From positions 1-36,676 of the forward strand of contig CAZFCI010000034.1 of the NCBI GenBank assembly GCA_964517525.1: a DNA stretch of 36,676 nt, given 5' to 3'. This DNA is from an uncultured Clostridia bacterium. GTDB taxonomy: Bacteria; Acidobacteriota; Aminicenantia; JBFLYD01; JBBIMS01. The translations under genes were made by a program, and so were the position numbers. Of the stretch, positions 17,081-25,157 are shown piece by piece. How positions within the stretch are numbered: the first letter of the stretch is position 1; every line of letters begins with the position of its first letter. The notes beneath the pieces are model-generated. The model was not told the DNA's origin, made no database searches, and worked only from the letters and a program-made list of their open reading frames with translations.

Positions 17081-17962
17081 ATGGAGAGAGGTTTTTTATC
17101 TATAATCAGGGAGAAGTTGAGGGCTACAAAGGAGGGGATTCAGCAGATTTTTTCTTCCCAGAAGAATGTTAAGGATTTACTTCAGGAATTAAAGGAAATC
17201 CTTATCCTCTCCGATGTTGGTGAGGAGTGCTCAAACCTTCTTATTGAAAATGTCAGCAGAAGATATAAGAAAGAAGGCGGGGATTTGAAAGAAATTCTCA
17301 AGAAAGAGATTTTGGATATAATTTCAATCCCCTATTCTCCTCCATCTTCTGAAAAAATTGCAATTCTAATTGTTGGTGTTAATGGGGGTGGGAAGACAAC
17401 CACCTGTGCAAAGCTTGCCCACAGATTCAAAAAGAATAATAATAAGGTTCTAATGGTAGCAGGAGACACTTTCAGAGCAGCGGGAGATGAGCAACTTTCA
17501 ATTTGGGGGGAAAGGCTTTCTATCCCTGTCTTTAAAGGACCCCATCTATCAGATCCAGGAGCCCTTACCTTTCAAGCTCTAAAAAAATTAACCTCTGAAG
17601 ATTTTAATGTTGTCATAATTGATACTGCGGGAAGGATGCACACAAAGGAAGGTCTGATGAGAGAACTTGAGAAAGTATGGAAGATTTCTGCAAGGGAGTT
17701 GGGGGAGAGCTCTGTTGAGTCCTATCTTGTCCTTGATTCAACAATTGGGCAGAATGCAATAAATCAGGCAAGGGAATTCTCAAGATTTTCAAAATTAAAG
17801 GGAATTGTTCTCACAAAAATGGATGGGACAGCTAAGGGAGGAATAATAATCCCAATTGCCCATATTCTTAAAATTCCAGTAATCTTTGTCGGAACTGGAG
17901 AGGGTCTTGAGGATTTCTATGAGTTTTCTCCATCCCAATTTGTGGAGGCTCTCCTTGGATGA
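17081..17962 (+). CDS. ftsY: Signal recognition particle receptor FtsY (short NG-only form)
   Basis: GVNGGGKTTTCAKLA (G1), DTAGR, TKMDGTAKGG and VGTGEGLEDF motifs. The start is placed at the ATG (MERGFLSIIREKLRATKEG), which matches usual FtsY N-termini. The track ORF begins at the TTG at 17042, which has a GGAGGTG 14 nt upstream, so the start is ambiguous. Confidence 0.9.
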   Translation: MERGFLSIIREKLRATKEGIQQIFSSQKNVKDLLQELKEILILSDVGEECSNLLIENVSRRYKKEGGDLKEILKKEILDIISIPYSPPSSEKIAILIVGVNGGGKTTTCAKLAHRFKKNNNKVLMVAGDTFRAAGDEQLSIWGERLSIPVFKGPHLSDPGALTFQALKKLTSEDFNVVIIDTAGRMHTKEGLMRELEKVWKISARELGESSVESYLVLDSTIGQNAINQAREFSRFSKLKGIVLTKMDGTAKGGIIIPIAHILKIPVIFVGTGEGLEDFYEFSPSQFVEALLG

Positions 17963-17969
17963 GATATTT

Positions 17970-19049
17970 ATGAAGGTTGCCCTTAGACTTGCTGAAAAAG
18001 GAAAAGGACTCACATCACCAAACCCAGTTGTTGGAGCAGTTGTTGTTAAGAATGGGAAGATTGTGGGTAAAGGGTATCATAGAAAAGCTGGAGACCCTCA
18101 TGCAGAAGCAATTGCCATAGATGAGGCAGGAAAAGAGGCGGAAGGGTCAACCCTTTTTGTCAATCTTGAACCCTGTATCCACTGGGGGAAGACTCCACCC
18201 TGTGCATTTAAAATAAAGGAGGCAAAGGTAAAAAGGGTTGTTATAGGAACAATAGATCCGAATCCTCTTGTAAATTCTAAGGGGATTGAATTCCTCAGTA
18301 AATCAGGGATTGAAATTAGAGTTGGTGTTTTGGAAGAGGAAGCAAAGGAGATAAATGCTCCATTTTTAAAATCAATGAGGGAAGGTATCCCCTTTGTATC
18401 TTTAAAGATGGCAATGACCCTTGATGGGAAAGTTGCCACTTGGAACGGAGATTCAAAATGGATTTCATCAGAGGAATCGAGGAGATATGTCCATCTTCTA
18501 AGATTTGAAAATGATGCGATAATGGTTGGAGTTGGGACAATTATAAGAGATGACCCTCTTCTTACAATCAGATATGGTAAGAGCAAAGAAATTGTAAGGG
18601 TTATACTGGATTCTAACCTTTCAATACCAGAAAGGGCAAAAATTTTTGAGACCCTTGAAAGAGGGAGGATAATTATTTTTACAGGAAGGATAAGGGATAA
18701 TGAAAAGTTTGAGAGATTGAGAAAGAAAGGGGTTGAAGTTATTCCCCTTGAAACTGATGATAAAATTCCCCTTTTGGAAGTTTTAAAATATCTTAACAAA
18801 ATAGGAGTGAATTCGGTTCTTGTTGAAGGAGGGCATACTCTTTCAACTTCATTCCTTGAAAACTCCCTTGTGGATAGAATCTATATTTTCGTCTCCCCTA
18901 AGCTAACAGGTGGAAGGAATTCCCCAACATTTTTCGAGGGAGATGGTTCCCCATCCATTTCAGACTCAATAAAACTTAAAAGAATTAAAAGTTTTTGCAT
19001 TGGGGATGATACTGTTATAATAGGAGATGTTAGATGTTTACAGGAATAA
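17970..19049 (+). CDS. ribD: Bifunctional riboflavin biosynthesis protein RibD (pyrimidine deaminase / uracil reductase)
   Basis: Deaminase zinc motifs HAEAIAI and PCIHWGKTPPC, plus a C-terminal reductase domain. The ATG at 17970 (MKVALRLAEKGKG) is 7 nt after the ftsY stop. The track ORF starts at an upstream TTG inside ftsY. Confidence 0.9.
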   Translation: MKVALRLAEKGKGLTSPNPVVGAVVVKNGKIVGKGYHRKAGDPHAEAIAIDEAGKEAEGSTLFVNLEPCIHWGKTPPCAFKIKEAKVKRVVIGTIDPNPLVNSKGIEFLSKSGIEIRVGVLEEEAKEINAPFLKSMREGIPFVSLKMAMTLDGKVATWNGDSKWISSEESRRYVHLLRFENDAIMVGVGTIIRDDPLLTIRYGKSKEIVRVILDSNLSIPERAKIFETLERGRIIIFTGRIRDNEKFERLRKKGVEVIPLETDDKIPLLEVLKYLNKIGVNSVLVEGGHTLSTSFLENSLVDRIYIFVSPKLTGGRNSPTFFEGDGSPSISDSIKLKRIKSFCIGDDTVIIGDVRCLQE

Positions 19050-19624
19050 TTCAGGAAGTTGGTAAGGTCAAGGAGATATCAATAAGCTCAAACCCTCAAA
19101 TTTCTGTTATTTCAGAAAAAATTTATCCATCTGTTGAAATAGGAGAAAGCATCTCTGTTAATGGGGTCTGCCTCAGTCTTGTAAAAAAGGAAAAGAACAT
19201 CCTCTATTTCAATCTCTCAAAGGAGACCATAGAAAAAACAAATCTTTCAAAGTTAAGACCCATGAGCCCTGTAAATCTTGAAAGAAGTTTGACTCTTTCA
19301 ACACCCCTCGGAGGGCATTTAATTCTTGGGCATGTGGATGGAGTTTCAAAGGTTCTTTCTATAAGAACCCTTGGCTCAACAAAAAGGGTTAAATTTTCTC
19401 TTCCAGCTAATTTGAAAAAATGGGCTGTGGAAAAAGGTTCCATAGCTGTAAATGGAGTGAGTCTTACAATTGCCCAGCTTGGAAGGGATTATTTCGAGGT
19501 TGAGCTAATTCCAATAACTCTTCAGCAAACAAATCTTGGCTCATTGAAAAATGGAGAGATTGTGAATATTGAAATGGACATTATTGGGAAGTATGTTGAA
19601 AGATATTTAAAAGAAAAATTATAA
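19034..19624 (+). CDS. ribE: Riboflavin synthase (alpha chain)
   Basis: MFTGIIQEVGKV N-terminus; duplicated lumazine-binding repeats (SVNGVCLS / AVNGVSLT). 16-nt overlap with ribD. Confidence 0.9.
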   Translation: MFTGIIQEVGKVKEISISSNPQISVISEKIYPSVEIGESISVNGVCLSLVKKEKNILYFNLSKETIEKTNLSKLRPMSPVNLERSLTLSTPLGGHLILGHVDGVSKVLSIRTLGSTKRVKFSLPANLKKWAVEKGSIAVNGVSLTIAQLGRDYFEVELIPITLQQTNLGSLKNGEIVNIEMDIIGKYVERYLKEKL

Positions 19625-19636
19625 GGAGAATTTTGA

Positions 19637-21202
19637 ATGATAAACTTCAGTTTATTGGATTGGATATGGTTAATTATGTATCTTCTTCTTATCACGGGTT
19701 GCGGAATAATATTTTACAGACTTGGGAAGCGTTCTGAGGCTGACTTTTTCCTTGCAGGAAGGGGGCTCCCATGGTGGATTCCTGGGATGTCGGTCTATGC
19801 AACCCACACTGCAACAGACACTCCCATGTGGGTAAGTGGAGTTATCTACAAGTATGGACTAAGAGGTTTGTGGTACACATTTTTCTCAGCATGGTGTGCC
19901 ATCTCTGCCTTTGTCTCAGCCCGAATTTTTAGAAGATCCCTTGCCTACTCCCAGGCTGAATGGCAAAGTCTTAGATACTCAGGTCTTGGAGCTGAACTTT
20001 TGAGAGGATGGATGTCAGGTTGGGGTTCATTTCTCAATATGTTCATTCTTGGTTGGGTTGGAATGGCAATGGGGAAATTGTGTAACTATCTATTTGGATG
20101 GGAAAATTGGGTTGGTCTTGTAATTCCCTCCATCATAGTTGCAGTATATGTCCTTTCAGCAGGATATTGGGGTGTTGTTATGGCTGATTTTCAGCAGGGG
20201 ATAATTGCTCTTTTCGTAATAATATTTTCATCCCTTTGGGGAATGGGAGTTGCAGGAGGACCTCAAGGAATAATAGATAAGCTTTCAAAAATGGGTGAGC
20301 TCTGGAGAATAAATCCTTTCCATTTTTCTGGATTTTTCACAGGAGATTTTCCAGTAGCCTGGTTTCTAACAATGATTTTCATAGCAGTTCTTGGTGGTTT
20401 TGGAATGGGGACAAGCATAGACTGGTATGCTGAAGCTCAGAGGATCCAGTCTTCAAGAACAGTCAGGGACGCCTCCTATTCAATATGGTGGGGAACAGCT
20501 CTCACCCTTACAAGAAACTCCTTCTGGGCTGTAGCTATAATTGCCTTCTTTGTGCTAAATCCATATATCGCCGATCAATCAAAATACGAGATGGCATGGT
20601 ATAGGATTGCCTTTGAGCATTTACCTGCTGGCTTTGTTGGTTTTCTCCTTGCAGGTATTGTTGCAATTCATTTTTCAACAATTTCAACCCATCTGAATCT
20701 TGGTGCTGTTTACATGACAAGGGATCTCTATCATCACTACATCAATCCCAATGCCTCTGAGAAAACCCTCGTCCTTGCAGGAAGAATCTCTACTCTCCTT
20801 CTTTTAATAGGTTCTTTTATCTATGGTACAATGATGGAAGAGATTACGAAATGGCTAATATTTGCCCTCTGGATAATGGGTGCAGGAATGTGGCTTCCCA
20901 ATATTCTTCAGGTTATCTGGTGGAGGTTTAACAGCTGGGGATACCTCTCAGCATGGATTGCAAATCTTGGGTTTAGCTGGCTAGTTGTATGGGTTTTGCC
21001 ATCTTTCGGTATAATCCCTGAACTTCCTGACTATCTCCAGTTCTGGGTTTTAATGCTCCTTACAGCTCTTGTTTATATTCCAGTTACCCTTCTCACAAAA
21101 CCTGAGGATATGAAACATCTTGCAAAATATTATGCCATGACGAGACCTATAGGTTTCTGGAAACCTGTTGAGAGGGAAGCTATGAGACTTGGGCTTATTT
21201 AA
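19637..21202 (+). CDS. Sodium:solute symporter (SSS/SSF) family transporter, substrate unknown
   Basis: 521 aa with about 13 hydrophobic segments. SSF-like N-terminal region SEADFFLAGRGLPWW. AGGAG SD 12 nt after the ribE stop. Confidence 0.8.
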   Translation: MINFSLLDWIWLIMYLLLITGCGIIFYRLGKRSEADFFLAGRGLPWWIPGMSVYATHTATDTPMWVSGVIYKYGLRGLWYTFFSAWCAISAFVSARIFRRSLAYSQAEWQSLRYSGLGAELLRGWMSGWGSFLNMFILGWVGMAMGKLCNYLFGWENWVGLVIPSIIVAVYVLSAGYWGVVMADFQQGIIALFVIIFSSLWGMGVAGGPQGIIDKLSKMGELWRINPFHFSGFFTGDFPVAWFLTMIFIAVLGGFGMGTSIDWYAEAQRIQSSRTVRDASYSIWWGTALTLTRNSFWAVAIIAFFVLNPYIADQSKYEMAWYRIAFEHLPAGFVGFLLAGIVAIHFSTISTHLNLGAVYMTRDLYHHYINPNASEKTLVLAGRISTLLLLIGSFIYGTMMEEITKWLIFALWIMGAGMWLPNILQVIWWRFNSWGYLSAWIANLGFSWLVVWVLPSFGIIPELPDYLQFWVLMLLTALVYIPVTLLTKPEDMKHLAKYYAMTRPIGFWKPVEREAMRLGLI

Positions 21203-21212
21203 GGAGGGAATC

Positions 21213-21509
21213 ATGGGATTTATAAAAAGGTATTGGATTCCTGAAGAGGCTGATAAATGGACAAAAGAGGATTGGATTGCAATTATTATATCACCCATCG
21301 CCTATGCAACTCTTATGGTTGGGCTTGCTCTCAGTCTTCTTCTCCTAAAAGAGGGTTTTATTACTTTAGGGGTAGGGATTTTTCTTACCTTCATTCTTCA
21401 CTGGGTAATTGATCCAAAACTGAGAGCTATCTCTGAGGAATATGAGAAGAAACAGAGAGAATATCTTGAGCGTCTTGAAAATATTGTGAAATGGAGGAAA
21501 GATGAGTAA
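21213..21509 (+). CDS. Small membrane protein, 98 aa, two predicted TM helices
   Basis: AAGGAGGG SD directly after the symporter stop, with the ATG at 21213 (MGFIKRYWIPEE...). Hydrophobic stretches IAIIISPIAYATLMVGLALSLLLL and ITLGVGIFLTFILHWVI. The track ORF starts at 21189, inside the symporter gene. Confidence 0.6.
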   Translation: MGFIKRYWIPEEADKWTKEDWIAIIISPIAYATLMVGLALSLLLLKEGFITLGVGIFLTFILHWVIDPKLRAISEEYEKKQREYLERLENIVKWRKDE

Positions 21510-21645
21510 GGGACTTTTTGTTGTTCTTGGAATGACAATAGCATACTTTGTCTCTTTTTTAGGCTTAATTCTTGCTTACTTTTCTTACAAAAAAAGGGTA
21601 TCTGGTTCTGAGAAGGAGAGGGAAGAATCCAAGGAGGAAAGATGA
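21502..21645 (+). CDS. Micro-ORF, 47 aa, single TM helix plus charged tail
   Basis: Manual translation: MSKGLFVVLGMTIAYFVSFLGLILAYFSYKKRVSGSEKEREESKEER. Preceded by GGAGGAAAG. The ATG overlaps the upstream stop by 8 nt. Below the length cutoff of the ORF track. Confidence 0.45.
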   Translation: MSKGLFVVLGMTIAYFVSFLGLILAYFSYKKRVSGSEKEREESKEER

Positions 21646-21764
21646 AATTTTCTGAGATATTTTATGGAGTAATTGTTCCTTCTGCAATTTTCCTCCTTTC
21701 CTTTATAACTACAATTCTTCTCTACAGGAAATTCTCAAGAGAAATAGGAAAGGATAAAAAGTAG
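21642..21764 (+). CDS. Micro-ORF, 40 aa, single TM helix plus basic tail
   Basis: Manual translation: MKFSEIFYGVIVPSAIFLLSFITTILLYRKFSREIGKDKK. Preceded by the same GGAGGAAAG motif. ATGA overlap with the previous micro-ORF. Confidence 0.45.
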   Translation: MKFSEIFYGVIVPSAIFLLSFITTILLYRKFSREIGKDKK

Positions 21765-21783
21765 AAGCCTCAAAAAGGATAGC

Positions 21784-24072
21784 CTAAAAAGGTATAAAGG
21801 GCATAACCCTTCTTTCCTCACCCTTTATCTGGTAAAGGAGATCTGCCAATCCCTGCCCAAGCATTCCGTTTATTTCTTCTCTTTTTAGATTTTTACCCTT
21901 TAAATGAGAAATTAATTTTAAGAATTCATCTCCAAGATTTGAAAAGGGAAGATTCTCTTTGAAAATAAGGATGTTTCCATAATCCAGTCCATCTTTGAAG
22001 CTATCCAAAACCTTTGCAAATTCCTCAGCACTTTGCTCTTTTTTCCAGCAAATACCTAATTTCCACTTTTTATCCTTCACTAATTTCTGAATATCTGGCT
22101 CAATATTGTCAGAAAGGACAATTCCAGGCTTTTTGCTTTCTTCAATTATTTCTTTTATATATGATGCACTTGAAGAGTTGACAAATATAACAATTCCTGA
22201 ATCATTGAAAATTTTGACTGCCATCTTTAATTCAGATTGATTCTCAAAATCTTTATCCTTCAAAACAACATAGCCCAATCCACCTTTTGAAAGGAGTTTT
22301 AAAACCCTTAAATCCTTTGTTATCCCTTTTATTTCTTCAATTCCCAATAGAATAGAAAGCCTTCCCATTCTTGAATTTGTCTGGAATTGAGAGGGAGAGG
22401 TTAAAATTGAGAGATTTCTTGATTGATCTATTTTTTCAGTAGCCTCGGTTAAGGAATTTATAATTTCACCAATTGAACTCCCCTTCAATGGGAGTAAGCC
22501 AATATCAAGGTCAAAAAATTCCAATGAACGGGTCTCATCAATTAGAGCAGGAATATCTTTTTCAATGAAACTTGCAACTGTTGATGATCTCAAAATATAA
22601 AGTTCCTCTCTAAAATCAGGAATCTTTAAGGTTTCCTCATTGGCTAAAATTTTTAAAGAGTTATAAAGAAAATTGGCAACCATTTCAAGAATTTCAGGTT
22701 TTATAAGGTCATGATCATCCCTCGTCTGATGGTATTTGAAATGGTAGCCAGATGTCATAATTCCGAATCCTGGAACCCCTTTCATGAGAAAACTTGTATG
22801 GTCTGAACCTCCTGGTCCACCCCTTGATGGATTTAAGTCTTTCTTTATTTCTTCTGGAAGTTTCTGTTTCAGAATATTCCATATTTCTGGTCCGTAGTAA
22901 ATTCCTGGGAAATTTATCCTTCCCTCTCCATGCCCAACCATATCAAGATTGAAGTAGGCTACAGTTTTCTCAATAGGGAATAGAGGATGGTCAGCATAAT
23001 ATCTTGACCCAACCAACCCCTGTTCTTCCGCAGCCCATAAAGCAAAAACAATTGTCCTCTTTGGCTTAATATTTTCAGCCTTCATAACTCTTGCTATTTC
23101 CATTACAACCGCTGTTCCTGATGCATTGTCATTGGCTCCATTATAGATCTCGCCTGTTGGGGATATTCCAAGATGGTCCATGTGGGCTCCAATAATTACA
23201 AATTCTTTTTTCAGTATTGGATCAACTCCATCGATCTTTGCAAGAACATTCCTCATTTTTCTCTTAGGATCAAAGGTTGTTTTTGCTGAAATTTCAACCT
23301 TTACTGGCAGGGATGTGCTTGCAATTTTTCTATCCCTATCAATAATTTGCATTAAGTAGCGAAAGTCTGTTGGAGCCTGACTGAAGATGAAATTCAGTAC
23401 ATTTTCATTAGCGAAGATTGCAATAAAATCCTTTTTGAATTTTTCTGGTGGAATTGAAAGTCTAACCCTCTGAGGAGTCTCTCCAGGCTTGTAGACAAAA
23501 ATTATCCCCCTTGCTCCATTTCTATAGGCATTTTCAACCTTTGCTCCAATCTGGGATTCATCTTCTACCTTCCCTTCGAGAAAAGGAGGATAACCATTAA
23601 CAACGAGGACAATTTTATCTTTGACTGAAATATTCTCATACTCGTTCCACCTATTCTTTTCAGAAATAATTCCGTATCCTGCAAAAACTAAATCTGCATT
23701 TATTTTTCCAGAACCTGAAAAAGGTATAACTCTCCAGTCATCCTCGTAATAAAAAACCCTTTTCTGAACCAAATTGTCAATTTTCAAAGAAACTTTTCCA
23801 TCAACATTAAAAAATGGATTTTCAAAATCTTGAAAATAACCTTTATCTGAAGCAGGTGATAATCCCCATTCCTTGAATCTTTCCTCAATCCAAAGGCTTG
23901 CCTTTTCTCCTCCCGGAAGTCCACTCTTTCTTCCTTGGAATTCATCACTGGCAAGAACTTTTATATGCTGGAGAATCCTCTGACCTTGGAATTTATCTTC
24001 TGAGAGAGCAAAGGAAACAAAAAAAGTTAAAATTGCCAAAAGAAATACAAATTTTATATTTCTCTTTCTCAT
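21784..24072 (-). CDS. Secreted M28-family metallopeptidase (PA domain + aminopeptidase core) with an extra ~290-aa C-terminal domain
   Basis: Signal peptide MRKRNIKFVFLLAILTFFVSFALS. M28 metal-ligand blocks HMDHLG, NGANDNASGTAVVMEIAR, WAAEEQGLVGSRYY, NLDMVG and SDHTSF. The start is placed at the ATG at 24072, behind GGAGGA; the track starts 4 codons earlier. Confidence 0.8.
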   Translation of the reverse strand: MRKRNIKFVFLLAILTFFVSFALSEDKFQGQRILQHIKVLASDEFQGRKSGLPGGEKASLWIEERFKEWGLSPASDKGYFQDFENPFFNVDGKVSLKIDNLVQKRVFYYEDDWRVIPFSGSGKINADLVFAGYGIISEKNRWNEYENISVKDKIVLVVNGYPPFLEGKVEDESQIGAKVENAYRNGARGIIFVYKPGETPQRVRLSIPPEKFKKDFIAIFANENVLNFIFSQAPTDFRYLMQIIDRDRKIASTSLPVKVEISAKTTFDPKRKMRNVLAKIDGVDPILKKEFVIIGAHMDHLGISPTGEIYNGANDNASGTAVVMEIARVMKAENIKPKRTIVFALWAAEEQGLVGSRYYADHPLFPIEKTVAYFNLDMVGHGEGRINFPGIYYGPEIWNILKQKLPEEIKKDLNPSRGGPGGSDHTSFLMKGVPGFGIMTSGYHFKYHQTRDDHDLIKPEILEMVANFLYNSLKILANEETLKIPDFREELYILRSSTVASFIEKDIPALIDETRSLEFFDLDIGLLPLKGSSIGEIINSLTEATEKIDQSRNLSILTSPSQFQTNSRMGRLSILLGIEEIKGITKDLRVLKLLSKGGLGYVVLKDKDFENQSELKMAVKIFNDSGIVIFVNSSSASYIKEIIEESKKPGIVLSDNIEPDIQKLVKDKKWKLGICWKKEQSAEEFAKVLDSFKDGLDYGNILIFKENLPFSNLGDEFLKLISHLKGKNLKREEINGMLGQGLADLLYQIKGEERRVMPFIPF

Positions 24073-24130
24073 TCTTTCCTCCAAATTATTTATACATAAA
24101 AAATTTGGAAAAAGTTTTATTATTAAAAAA

Positions 24131-25078
24131 TTAAAGAGAGGATAAATACTCTTTCACCTGTTTAAGGCTTTCAACTCCTTCAACATTTAAAATCTCAACC
24201 TCTTTTCCATTGTTCCTTGCAATTCTCTTTAGAAGCCCAGAGAGAACCTTTCCACTTCCTACCTCAACGAAAATCGAGATACCCATTTCAAGCATAAGCT
24301 CCATGGATTCAAGCCAGCGAACTGGTCTACTTACCTGCCTTTTTAATGAATCCCTTGCTTCTTCACCGTTCTTTACAATTTTTGCATCAACATTTGTTAC
24401 AACAGGAAAGCATGGATCGAAGAAATTTATGGAATCAAGCTCTTTTGAAAGTTTTTCCTCAGCAGGTTTCATAAGGGAACAATGAAAGGGTGCTGAAACA
24501 GGGAGAATGACATGTTTCGGAGGTTTTAAAATCGAAATTACCTCTTCAATCGCCTCTTTCTCTCCTGATATTACAATTTGCTCATGGCTATTAGTGTTTG
24601 CAATTTCAACAATACCGCTGGATTTTCTTAAGGAATTTTCAATATCTTCCCTTTTAGCTCCAAGTATTGCTGCCATTGCTCCCTTTCCAACTGGAACAGC
24701 TTCCTGCATGTATTTCCCCCTTTTGTGTACAATTCTTACCGCATCCACAAAGCCTATTGCTCCTCCGCAAAGAAAAGCTGAATATTCTCCAAGACTATGC
24801 CCTGCAGAAATAGAGGGAACAAAATTTAACAATCTATAAAGGATGTAACTGTGAACCAAAAGAGCGGGCTGGGTATTTTCTGTCAATTTTAGCTTATCAT
24901 CAGGTCCTTTAAAACAAATCTCTGAAAGGGGGTAACCAAGAACCTCATCAGCCCTTTTGAAAATTTCCCTTGCCTCTTCAAAAGAATCCCAAAGATCTGC
25001 TCCCATTCCTACAGCCTGCGAGCCCTGTCCAGGGAATAGAAAAGCTACTTTTCTATTTTTTAAACCTTCCGAATCCAT
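24131..25078 (-). CDS. fabD: Malonyl-CoA:ACP transacylase
   Basis: FLFPGQGSQ, active-site GHSLGEYSA and SAPFHCSLM motifs. 315 aa. Confidence 0.9.
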   Translation of the reverse strand: MDSEGLKNRKVAFLFPGQGSQAVGMGADLWDSFEEAREIFKRADEVLGYPLSEICFKGPDDKLKLTENTQPALLVHSYILYRLLNFVPSISAGHSLGEYSAFLCGGAIGFVDAVRIVHKRGKYMQEAVPVGKGAMAAILGAKREDIENSLRKSSGIVEIANTNSHEQIVISGEKEAIEEVISILKPPKHVILPVSAPFHCSLMKPAEEKLSKELDSINFFDPCFPVVTNVDAKIVKNGEEARDSLKRQVSRPVRWLESMELMLEMGISIFVEVGSGKVLSGLLKRIARNNGKEVEILNVEGVESLKQVKEYLSSL

Positions 25079-25157
25079 AAATTAATATTCTATCAATCTA
25101 ATGGATAGTGTCAATATTTCAGATGGTTTTCTTTGAGATTTTAATTTAAAAATTGAA

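Noticed and set aside
18098-18799. 233-aa minus-strand ORF antisense to ribD
   Set aside because: It is a shadow of a confidently identified gene, with no start context or recognisable motifs.
19637-21202. Locally higher GC in the symporter (and in hutU and ribD) as a sign of horizontal transfer
   Set aside because: By-eye counts show that conserved enzymes and Gly/Ala/Trp-rich membrane proteins are generally GC-richer than the Lys/Glu/Ile-rich unknowns. The pattern follows amino-acid composition and is not confined to an island. There are no mobility genes or repeats at the boundaries.
24210-24839. Plus-strand ORFs (91 and 110 aa) inside fabD, and similar ones inside hutU (25170-26281)
   Set aside because: They are antisense to well-supported enzymes and have no SD or domain signal.
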